Source: Eledone cirrhosa (lineage: Eukaryota). Taken from it: 64,000 bases of DNA. The notes beneath the pieces were generated by a model. It made no database searches, was not told where the DNA came from, and saw only the letters and a list, made by a program, of their open reading frames with translations. Where the stretch lies: the NCBI GenBank assembly GCA_964016885.1, contig OZ024753.1:28458001-28522000 (forward strand), in the 5' to 3' direction. The translations under genes and the position numbers were made by a program. This document shows, piece after piece, positions 42,701 through 55,500 of the stretch; position 1 is the first letter of the stretch; every line of letters starts with the position of its first letter.

Positions 42701-45700
42701 GTATGGGCCTTGGTAGTTACAAAAGAGAGCTCTATATAATTATTACTGCCAGACAGTCACTCATGTATGGGCCTTGGTAGTTACAAAAGGGAGCTCTATA
42801 TAATTATTACTGCCAGACAGTCACTCATGTATGGGCCTTGGTAGTTACAAAAGGGAGCTCTATATAATTATTACTACCAGACAGTCACTCATGTATGGAC
42901 CTTGGTAGTTACAAAAGAGAGCTCTATATAATTATTACTGCCAGACAGTCACTCATGTATGGGCCTTGGTAGTTACAAAAGGGAGCTCTATATAATTATT
43001 ACTACCAGACAGTCACTCATGCATGGGCCTTGGTAGTTACAAAAGGGAGCTCTATATAATTATTACTGCCAGACAGTCACTCATGTATGGGCCTTGGTAG
43101 TTACAAAAGGGAGCTCTATATAATTATTACTGCCAGACAGTGACTCATGTATGGGCCTTGGTAGTTACAAAAGAGAGCTCTATATAATTGTTACTGCCAG
43201 ACGGTCACTCATGTATGGGCCTTGGTAGTTACGAAAGGGAGCTCTATATAATTATTACTGCCAGACAGTCACTCATGTATGGGTCTTGGTAGTTACAAAA
43301 GGGAGCTCTATATAATTATTACTGCCAGACAGTCACTCATGTATAGCCCTTGGTAGTTACAAAAGAGAGTTCTATATAATTATTACTGCCAGACAGTCAC
43401 TCATGTATAGGCCTTGGTAGTTACAAAAGAGAGTTCTATATAATTATTACTGCCAGACAGTCACTCATTTATAGGCCTTGGTAGTTACAAAAGAGAGTTC
43501 TATATAATTATTACTGCCAGACAGTCACTCATGTATGGGCCTTGGTAGTTACAAAAGACAGCTCTATATAATTATTACTGCCAGACAGTCACTCATGTAT
43601 AGGCCTTTGTAGTTACAAAAGAGAGTTCTATATAATTATTACTGCCAGGCAGTCACTCATGTATGGGCCTTGGTAGTTACAAAAGACAGCTCTATATAAT
43701 TATTACTGCCAGACAGTCACTCATGTCTGGGCCTTGATAGTTACAAAAGGGAGCTCTATATAATTATTACTGCCAGACAGTCACTCATGTATGGGCCTTG
43801 GTAGTTACAAAGGAGAACTCTATATAATTATTACTGCCAGACAGTCACTCATGTATGGGCCTTGGTAGTTACAAAAGGGAGCTCTATATAATTATTACTG
43901 CCAGACAGTCACTAATGTATAGGCCTTGGTAGTTACAAAAGAGTGTTCTATATAATTATTCCTGCCAGACAGTCACTCATGTATGTGCCTTGATAGTTAC
44001 AAAAGGGAGCTCTATATAATTATTACTGCCAGACAGTCACTCATGTATGGGCCTTGGTATTTACAATAGGGAGCTCTATATAATTATTAATTTCAGACAG
44101 TCACTCATGTATGGGCCTTGGTAGTTACAAAAGAGAGATCTATATAATTATTACTTCCAAACAGTCACTCATGTATGGGCCTTGGTAGTTACAAAAGACA
44201 GCTCTATATAATTATTACTGCCAGACAGTCACTCATGTATGTGCCTTGGCAGTTACAAAAGAGAGCTCTATATAATTATTACTGCCAGACAGTCACTCAT
44301 GTATGGGCCTTGGTAGTTACAAAAGAGAGCTCTATATAATTATTACTGCCAGACAGTCACTCATGTATGGGCCTTGGTAGTTACAAAAGAGAGCTCTATA
44401 TAATTATTACTGCCAGACAGTCACTCATGTATAGGCATTGGTAGTTACAAAAGAGAGCTCTATATAATTATTACTGCCAGACAGTCACTCATGTATGAGC
44501 CTTGGTAGTTACAAAAGAGAGCTCTATAAAATTATTACTGCCAGACAGTCACTCATGTATGGGCCTTGGTAGTTAAAAAAGAGAGCTCTATATAATTATT
44601 ACTGCAAGACAGTCACTCATGTATGGGCCTTGGTAGTTACAAAAGACAGCTCTATATAATTATTACTGCCAGACAGTCACTCATGTATAGGCATTGGTAG
44701 TTACAAAAGAGAGCTCTATATAATTATTACTGCCAGACAGTCACTCATGTATGGGCCTTGGTAGTTACAAAAGAGAGCTCTATATAATTATTACTGCCAG
44801 ACAGTCACTCATGTATGGGCCTTGGTAGTTACAAAAGACAGCTCTATATAATTATTACTGCCAGACAGTCACTCATGTATGGGCCTTGGTAGTTACAAAA
44901 GAGAGCTCTATATAATTATTACTGCCAGACAGTCACTCATGTATGGGCCTTGGTAGTTACAAAAGAGAGCTCTATATAATTATTACTGCCAGACAGTCAC
45001 TCATGTATGGGCCTTGGTAGTTACAAAAGACAGCTCTATATAATTATTACTGCCAGACAGTCACTCATGTATGGGCCTTGGTAGTTACAAAAGGGAGCTC
45101 TATATAATTATTACTGCCAGACAGTCACTCATGTATGGGCCTTGAAAGTTACAAAGACAGCGCTATATAATTATTACTGCCAGACAGCCACTCATGTATG
45201 GGCCTTGGTAGTTACAAAAGAGAGCTCTATATAATTATTACTGCCAGACAGTCACTCATGTATGGGCCTTGGTAGTTACAAAAGACAGCTCTATATAATT
45301 ATTACTGCCAGACAGTCACTCATGTATGGGCCTTGGTAGTTACAAAAGGGAGCTCTATATAATTATTACTGCCAGACAGTCACTCATGTATGGGCCTTGA
45401 AAGTTACAAAGACAGCTCTATATAATTATTACTGCCAGACAGCCACTCATGTATGGGCCTCGGTAGTTACAAAAGAGAGCTCTATATAATTATTACTGCC
45501 AGACAGTCACTCATGTATGGGCCTTGGTAGTTACAAAAGACAGCTCTATATAATTATTACTGCCAGACAGTCACTCATGTATGGGCCTTGGTAGTTACAA
45601 AAGAGAGCTCTATATAATTATTACTGCCAGACAGTCACTCATGTATGGGCCTTGGTAGTTACAAAAGACAGCTCTATATAATTATTACAGACAGACAGTC

Positions 45701-48670
45701 ACACATGTATGGGCCTTGGCAGTTACAAAAGACAGCTCTATATAATTATTACTGCCAGACAGTCACTCATGTATGGGCCTTGTTAGTTACAAAAGAGAGC
45801 TCTATATAATTGTTACTGCCAGACGGTCACTCATGTATGGGCCTTGGTATTTACAATAGGGAGCTCTATATAATTATTACTGTCAGACAGTCACTCATGT
45901 ATGGGCCTTGGTAGTTACAAAAGAGAGCTCTATATAATTATTACTTCCAAACAGTCACTCATGTATGGGCCTTGGTAGTTACAAAAGAGAGCTCTATATA
46001 ATTATTACTGCCAGACAGTCACTCATGTATGGGCCTTGGCAGTTACAAAAGAGAGCTCTATATAATTATTACTTCCAAACAGTCACTCATGTATGGGCCT
46101 TGGGAGTTACAAAAGTGAGCTCTATATAATTATTACTGCCAGACAGTCGCTCATGTATGAGCCTTGGTAGTTACAAAAGAGAGCTCTATATAATTATTAC
46201 TGCCAGACAGTCACTCATGTATGTGCCTTGGCAGTTACAAAAGAGAGCTCTATATAATTATTACTGCCAGACAGTCACTCATGTATGGGCCTTGGTAGTT
46301 ACAAAAGGGAGCTCTATATAATTATTACTGCCAGACAGTCACTCATGTATGGGCCTTGGTAGTTACAAAAGAGAGCTCTATATAATTATTACTGCCAGAC
46401 GGTCACTCATGTATGGGCCTTGGTAGTTACAAAAGGGAGCTCTATATAATTATTACTGCCAGACAGTCACTCATGTATGGGCCTTGGTAGTTACAAAAGA
46501 CAGCTCTATATAATCATTACTGCCAGACAGTCACTCATGTATGGGCCTTGGTAGTTACAAAAGAGAGCTCTATATAATAATTACTGCCAGACAGTCACTC
46601 ATGCATAGGCCTTGCTAGTTACAAAAGAGAGCTCTATATAATTATTACTGCCAGACAGTCACTCATGTATGGGCCTTGGTAGTTACAAAATACAGTTCTA
46701 TATAGTTATTACTGCAAGACAGTCACTCATGTATGGGCCTCGGTAGTTACAAAAGACAGCTCTATATAATTATTACTGCCAGACAGTCACTCATGTATAG
46801 GCCTTCGTAGTTACAAAAGAGAGCTCTATATAATTATTACTGCCAGACAGTCACTCATGTATGGGCCTTGGTAGTTACAAAAGAGAGCTCTATATAATTA
46901 TTACTTCCAAACAGTCACTCATGTATGGGCCTTGGTAGTTACAAAAGAGAGCTCTATATAATTATTACTGCCAGACAGTCACTCATGTATGTGCCTTGGC
47001 AGTTACAAAAGAGAGCTCTATATAATTATAACTTCCAAACAGTCACTCATGTATGGGCCTTGGGAGCTACAAAAGTGAGCTCTATATAATTATTACTGCC
47101 AGACAGTCGCTCATGTATGGGCCTTGGTAGTTACAAAAGAGAGCTCTATATAATTATTACTGCCAGACAGTCACTCATGTATGGGCCTTGGTAGTTACAA
47201 AAGGGAGCTCTATATAATTATTACTGCCAGACAGTCACTCATGTATGGGCCTTGGTAGTTACAAAAGGGAGCTCTATATAATTATTACTACCAGACAGTC
47301 ACTCATGTATGGACCTTGGTAGTTACAAAAGAGAGCTCTATATAATTATTACTGCCAGACAGTCACTCATGTATGGGCCTTGGTAGTTACAAAAGGGAGC
47401 TCTATATAATTATTACTACCAGACAGTCACTCATGCATGGGCCTTGGTAGTTACAAAAGGGAGCTCTATATAATTATTACTGCCAGACAGTCACTCATGT
47501 ATGGGCCTTGGTAGTTACAAAAGGGAGCTCTATATAATTATTACTGCCAGACAGTGACTCATGTATGGGCCTTGGTAGTTACAAAAGAGAGCTCTATATA
47601 ATTGTTACTGCCAGACGGTCACTCATGTATGGGCCTTGGTAGTTACGAAAGGGAGCTCTATATAATTATTACTGCCAGACAGTCACTCATGTATGGGTCT
47701 TGGTAGTTACAAAAGGGAGCTCTATATAATTATTACTGCCAGACAGTCACTCATGTATAGCCCTTGGTAGTTACAAAAGAGAGTTCTATATAATTATTAC
47801 TGCCAGACAGTCACTGATGTATAGGCCTTGGTAGTTACAAAAGAGAGTTCTATATAATTATTACTGCCAGACAGTCACTCATTTATAGGCCTTGGTAGTT
47901 ACAAAAGAGAGTTCTATATAATTATTACTGCCAGACAGTCACTCATGTATGGGCCTTGGTAGTTACAAAAGACAGCTCTATATAATTATTACTGCCAGGC
48001 AGTCACTCATGTATAGGCCTTTGTAGTTACAAAAGAGAGTTCTATATAATTATTACTGCCAGGCAGTCACTCATGTATGGGCCTTGGTAGTTACAAAAGA
48101 CAGCTCTATATAATTATTACTGCCAGACAGTCACTCATGTCTGGGCCTTGATAGTTACAAAAGGGAGCTCTATATAATTATTACTGCCAGACAGTCACTC
48201 ATGTATGGGCCTTGGTAGTTACAAAGGAGAACTCTATATAATTATTACTGCCAGACAGTCACTCATGTATGGGCCTTGGTAGTTACAAAAGGGAGCTCTA
48301 TATAATTATTACTGCCAGACAGTCACTAATGTATAGGCCTTGGTAGTTACAAAAGAGTGTTCTATATAATTATTCCTGCCAGACAGTCACTCATGTATGT
48401 GCCTTGATAGTTACAAAAGGGAGCTCTATATAATTATTACTGCCAGACAGTCACTCATGTATGGGCCTTGGTATTTACAATAGGGAGCTCTATATAATTA
48501 TTAATTTCAGACAGTCACTCATGTATGGGCCTTGGTAGTTACAAAAGAGAGATCTATATAATTATTACTTCCAAACAGTCACTCATGTATGGGCCTTGGT
48601 AGTTACAAAAGACAGCTCTATATAATTATTACTGCCAGACAGTCACTCATGTATGTGCCTTGGCAGTTAC
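39780..48670 (+). repeat. Tandem duplication of a 69-70-monomer block (about 4.4-4.5 kb) spanning the A/B junction
   Basis: ATAGGCATT 39953/44431, GAAAG 40666/45144 and AGACAGACAGTCACAC 41211/45689 (offset 4478). After loss of one monomer: GGTC 41987/46401, ACGAAA 43231/47645 and TTTCAG 44091/48505 (offset 4414). Confidence 0.92.
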
Positions 48671-49539
48671 AAAAGAGAGCTCTATATAATTATTACTGCC
48701 AGACAGTCACTCATGTATAGGCCTTGGTAGTTACAAAAGAGAGCTCTATATAATTATTACTGCCAGACAGTCATTCATGTATGGGCCTTGGTAGTTACAA
48801 AGGAGAGCTCTATATAATTATTACTGCCAGACAGTCACTCATGTATGGGCCTTGGTAGTTACAAAAGGGAGCTCTATATAATTATTACTGCCAGACAGTC
48901 ATTCATGTATGGGCCTTGGTAGTTACAAAGGAGAGCTCTATATAATTATTACTGCCAGACAGTCACTCATGTATGGGCCTTGGTAGTTACAAAAGAGAGC
49001 TCTATATAATTATTACTGCCAGACAGTCACTCATGTATGGGCCTTGGTAGTTACAAAAGAGAGTTCTATATAATTATTACTGCCAGACAGTCACTCATGT
49101 ATGGGCCTTGGTAGTTACAAAAGACAGCTCTATATAATTATTACTGCCAGACAGTCACTCATGTATGGGCCTTGGTAGTTACAAAAGACAGCTCTATACA
49201 ATTATTACTGCCAGACAGTCAGTCATGTATAGGCCTTTGTAGTTACAAAAGAGAGTTCTATATAATTATTACTGCCAGACAGTCACTCATGTATGGGCCT
49301 TGGTAGTTACAAAAGACAGCTCTATATAATTATTACTGCCAGACAGTCACTCATGTATGGGCCTTGATAGTTACAAAAGGGAGCTCTATATAATTATTAC
49401 TGCCAGACAGTCACTCATGTATGGGCCTTGGTAGTTACAAAGGAGAGCTCTATATAATTATTACTGCCAGACAGTCACTCATGTATGGGCCTTGGTGGTT
49501 ACAAAAGGGAGCTCTATATAATTATTACTGCCAGACAGT

Positions 49540-52500
49540 CACTCATGTATAGGCCTTGGTAGTTAAAAAAGAGTGTTCTATATAATTATTACTGCCAGAC
49601 AGTCACTCATGTATGTGCCTTGATAGTTACAAAAGACAGCTCTATATAATTATTACTGCCAGACAGTCACTCATGTATGTGCCTTGGCAGTTACAAAAGA
49701 GAGCTCTATATAATTATTACTTCCAAACAGTCACTCATGTATGGGCCTTGGTAGTTACAAAAGAGAGCTCTATATAATTATTACTGCCAGACAGTCACTC
49801 ATGTATGTGCCTTGGCAGTTACAAAAGAGAGCTCTATATAATTATTACTTCCAAACAGTCACTCATGTATGGGCCTTGGGAGTTACAAAAGACAGCTCTA
49901 TACGATTATTACTGCCAGAGAGTCACTCATGTATGGGCCTTGATAGTTACAAAAGAGAGCTCTATATAATTATTACTGCCAGACAGTCACTCATGTATGG
50001 GCCTTGGTAGTTACAAAAGAGAGCTCTATATAATTGTTACTGCCAGACAGTCACTTATGTATGGGCCTTGGTAGTTACAAAAGAGAGCTCTATATAATTA
50101 TTACTGCCAGACAGTCACTCATGTATAGTCCTTGGTAGTTACAAAAGAGAGCTCTATATAATTATTACTGCCAGACAGTCACTCATGTATGGGCCTTGGT
50201 AGTTACAAAGGAGAGCTCTATATAATTATTACTGCCAGACAGTCACTCATGTATGGGCCTTGGTAGTTACAAAAGGGAGCTCTATATAATTATTACTGCC
50301 AGACAGTCACTCATGTATGGGCCTTGGTAGTTACAAAAGGGAGCTCTATATAATTATTACTGCCAGACAGTCACTCATGTATGGGCCTTAGTATTTACAA
50401 AAGGGAGCTCTATATAATTATTACTGCCAGACAGTCACTCATGTATGGGCCTTGGTAGTTGCAAAAGAGAGCTCTATATAATTATTACTGCCAGACAGTC
50501 ACTCATGTATGGGCCTTGGTAGTTACAAAAGAGAATTCTATATAATTATTACTGCCAGACAGTCACTCATGTATGGGCCTTGGTAGTTACAAAAGAGAGC
50601 TCTATATAATTATTACTGCCAGACAGTCACTCATGTATGGGCCTTGGAAGTTACAAAAGAGAGCTCTATATAATTATTACTTCCAAACAGTCACTCATGT
50701 ATGGGCCTTGGTAGTTACAAAAGAGAGCTCTATATAATTATTACTGCCAGACAGTCACTCATGTATGGGCCGTGGTAGTTACAAAAGAGAGTTCTATATA
50801 ATTATTACTGCCAGACAGTCACTCATGTATGGGCCTTGTTAGTTACAAAGGAGAGCTCTATATAATTATTACTGCCAGACAGTTACTCATGTATGGGCCT
50901 TGGTAGTTACAAAAGGGAGCTCTATATAATTATTACTGCCAGACAGTCACTCATGTATAGGCCTTGGTAGTTAAAAAAGAGTGTTCTATATAATTATTAC
51001 TGCCAGACAGTCACTCATGTATGTGCCTTGGCAGTTACAAAAGAGAGCTCTATATAATTATTACTTCCAAACAGTCACTCATGTATGGGCCTTGGGAGTT
51101 ACAAAAGACAGCTCTATATAATTATTACTGCCAGAGAGTCACTCATGTATGGGCCTTGATAGTTACAAAAGAGAGCTCTATATAATTATTACTGCCAGAC
51201 AGTCACTCATGTATGGGCCTTGGTAGTTACAAAAGAGAGCTCTATATAATTGTTACTGCCAGACAGTCACTCATGTATGGGCCTTGGTAGTTGCAAAAGA
51301 GAGCTCTATATAATTATTACTGCCAGACAGTCACTCATGTATAGTCCTTGTTAGTTACAAAAGAGAGCTCTATATAATTATTACTGCCAGACAGTCACTC
51401 ATGTATGGGCCTTGGTAGTTACAAAGGAGAGCTCTATATAATTATTACTGCCAGACAGTCACTCATGTATGGGCCTTGGTAGTTACAAAAGGGAGCTCTA
51501 TATAATTATTACTGCCAGACAGTCACTCATGTATGGGCCTTGGTTTTTACAAAAGGGAGCTCTATATAATTATTACTGCCAGACAGTCACTCATGTATGG
51601 GCCTTAGTATTTACAAAAGGGAGCTCTATATAATTATTACTGCCAGACAGTCACTCATGTATGGGCCTTGGTAGTTACAAAAGAGAGCTCTATATAATTA
51701 TTACTGCCAGACAGTCACTCATGTATGGGCCTTGGTAGTTACAAAAGAGAATTCTATATAATTATTACTGCCAGACAGTCACTCATGTATGGGCCTTGGT
51801 AGTTACAAAAGAGAGCTCTATATAATTATTACTGCCAGACAGTCACTCATGTATGGGCCTTGGAAGTTACAAAAGAGAGCTCTATATAATTATTACTTCC
51901 AAACAGTCACTCATGTATGGGCCTTGGTAGTTACAAAAGAGAGCTCTATACAATTATTACTGCCAGACAGTCACTCATGTATGGGCCTTGGTAGTTACAA
52001 AAGGGAGCTCTATATAATTATTACTGCCAGACAGTCACTCATGTATGGGCCTTAGTATTTACAAAAGGGAGCTCTATATAATTATTACTGCCAGACAGTC
52101 ACTCATGTATGGGCCTTGGTAGTTGCAAAAGAGAGCTCTATATAATTATTACTGCCAGACAGTCACTCATGTATGGGCCTTGGTAGTTACAAAAGGGAGC
52201 TCTATATAATTATTACTGCCAGACAGTCACTCATGTATAGGCCTTGGTAGTTAAAAAAGAGTGTTCTATATAATTATTACTGCCAGACAGTCACTCATGT
52301 ATGTGCCTTGGCAGTTACAAAAGAGAGCTCTATATAATTATTACTTCCAAACAGTCACTCATGTATGGGCCTTGGGAGTTACAAAAGACAGCTCTATATA
52401 ATTATTACTGCCAGAGAGTCACTCATGTATGGGCCTTGATAGTTACAAAAGAGAGCTCTATATAATTATTACTGCCAGACAGTCACTCATGTATGGTCCT

Positions 52501-55500
52501 TGGTAGTTACAAAAGAGAGCTCTATATAATTGTTACTGCCAGACAGTCACTCATGTATGGGCCTTGGTAGTTACAAAAGAGAGCTCTATATAATTATTAC
52601 TGCCAGACAGTCACTCATCTATAGTCCTTGGTAGTTACAAAAGAGAGCTCTATATAATTATTACTGCCAGACAGTCACTCATGTATGGGCCTTGGTAGTT
52701 ACAAAGGAGAGCTCTATATAATTATTACTGCCAGACAGTCACTCATGTATGGGCCTTGGTAGTTACAAAAGGGAGCTCTATATAATTATTACTGCCAGAC
52801 AGTCACTCATGTATGGGCCTTGGTAGTTACAAAAGGGAGCTCTATATAATTATTACTGCCAGACAGTCACTCATGTATGGGCCTTAGTATTTACAAAAGG
52901 GAGCTCTATATAATTATTACTGCCAGACAGTCACTCATGTATGGGCCTTGGTAGTTACAAAAGAGAGCTCTATATAATTATTACTGCCAGACAGTCACTC
53001 ATGTATGGGCCTTGGTAGTTACAAAAGAGAATTCTATATAATTATTACTGCCAGACAGTCACTCATGTATGGGCCTTGGTAGTTACAAAAGAGAGCTCTA
53101 TATAATTATTACTGCCAGACAGTCACTCATGTATGGGCCTTGGAAGTTACAAAAGAGAGCTCTATATAATTATTACTTCCAAACAGTCACTCATGTATGG
53201 GCCTTGGTAGTTACAAAAGAGAGCTCTATATAATTATTACTGCCAGACAGTCACTCATGTATGGGCCTTGGTAGTTACAAAAGAGAGTTCTATATAATTA
53301 TTACTGCCAGACAGTCACTCATGTATGGGCCTTGTTAGTTACAAAAGAGAGCTCTATATAATTATTACTGCCAGACAGTCACTCATGTATGGGCGTTGGA
53401 AGTTTCAAAAGAGAGCTCTATATAATTATTACTTCCAAACAGTCACTCATGTATGGGTCTTGGTAGTTACAAAAGGGAGCTCTATATAATTATTACTGCC
53501 AGACAGTCACTCATGTATAGCCCTTGGTAGTTACAAAAGAGAGTTCTATATAATTATTACTGCCAGACAGTCACTCATGTATAGGCCTTGGTAGTTACAA
53601 AAGAGAGTTCTATATAATTATTACTGCCAGACAGTCACTCATGTATAGGCCTTGGTAGTTACAAAAGAGAGTTCTATATAATTATTACTGCCAGACAGTC
53701 ACTCATGTATGGGCCTTGGTAGTTACAAAAGACAGCTCTATATAATTATTACTGCCAGACAGTCACTCATGTATGGGCCTTGGTAGTTACAAAAGACAGC
53801 TCTATATAATTATTACTGCCAGACAGTCACTCATGTATGGGCCTTGGTAGTTACAAAAGAGAATTCTATATAATTATTACTGCCAGACAGTCACTCATGT
53901 ATGGGCCTTGGTAGTTACAAAAGAGAGCTCTATATAATTATTACTGCCAGACAGTCACTCATGTATAGGCCTTGGTAGTTACAAAAGAGAGTTCTATATA
54001 ATTATTACTGCCAGACAGTCACTCATGTATGGGCCTTGGTAGTTACAAAAGACAGCTCTATATAATTATTACTGCCAGACAGTCACTCATGTATAGGCCT
54101 TTGTAGTTACAAAAGAGAGTTCTATATAATTATTACTGCCAGGCAGTCACTCATGTATGGGCCTTGGTAGTTACAAAAGACAGCTCTATATAATTATTAC
54201 TGCCAGACAGTCACTCATGTCTGGGCCTTGATAGTTACAAAAGGGAGCTCTATATAATTATTACTGCCAGACAGTCACTCATGTATGGGCCTTGGTAGTT
54301 ACAAAAGAGTGTTCTATATAATTATTCCTGCCAGACAGTCACTCATGTATGTGCCTTGATAGTTACAAAAGGGAGCTCTATATAATTATTACTGCCAGAC
54401 AGTCACTCATGTATGGGCCTTGGTATTTACAATAGGGAGCTCTATATAATTATTACTGTCAGACAGTCACTCATGTATGGGCCTTGGTAGTTACAAAAGA
54501 GAGATCTATATAATGATTACTTCCAAACAGTCACTCATGTATGGGCCTTGGTAGTTACAAAAGACAGCTCTATATAATTATTACTGCCAGACAGTCACTC
54601 ATGTATGTGCCTTGGCAGTTACAAAAGACAGCTCTATATAATTATTACTGCCAGACAGTCACTCATGTATAGGCCTTGGTAGTTACAAAAGAGAGCTCTA
54701 TATAATTATTACTGCCAGACAGTCATTCATGTATGGGCCTTGGTAGTTACAAAGGAGAGCTCTATATAATTATTACTGCCAGACAGTCACTCATGTATGG
54801 GCCTTGGTAGTTACAAAAGGGAGCTCTATATAATTATTACTGCCAGACAGTCACTCATGTATGGGCCTTGGTAGTTACAAAAGGGAGCTCTATATAATTA
54901 TTACTGCCAGACAGTCACTCATGTATGGGCCTTGGTATTTACAAAAGGGAGCTCTATATAATTATTACTGCCAGACAGTCACTCATGTATGGGCCTTGGT
55001 AGTTACAAAAGAGAGCTCTATATAATTATTACTCCCAGACAGTCACTCATGTATGGGCCTTGGTAGTTACAAAAGGGAGCTCTATATATTTATTACTGTC
55101 AGACAGTCACTCATGTATGGGCCTTGGTAGTTACAAAAGAGAGCTCTATATAATTATTACTGCCAGACAGTCACTCATGTATAGGCCTTGGTAGTTACAA
55201 AAGAGAGTTCTATATAATTATTACTGCCAGACAGTCACTCATGTATGGGCCTTGGTAGTTACAAAAGAGAGCTCTCTATAATTATTACTGCCAGACAGTC
55301 ACTCATGTATGGGCCTTGGTAGTTACAAAAGAGAGTTCTATATAATTATTACTGCCAGACAGTCACTCATGTATGGGCCTTGGTAGTTACAAAAGACAGC
55401 TCTATATAATTATTACTGCCAGACAGTCACTCATGTATGGGCCTTGGTAGTTACAAAAGACAGCTCTATACAATTATTACTGCCAGACAGTCACTCATGT

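Noticed and set aside
49741-50010. 89-aa ORF on the + strand
   Set aside because: It is a translation of about 4 satellite monomers in which TAG>CAG and TAA>CGA variants happen to fall in frame. It has no recognisable domain or gene context.
51789-52055. 88-aa ORF on the + strand
   Set aside because: Same repeat-derived peptide, opened by TAG>AAG and TAA>CAA variants. It is expected by chance among 1000 monomers.
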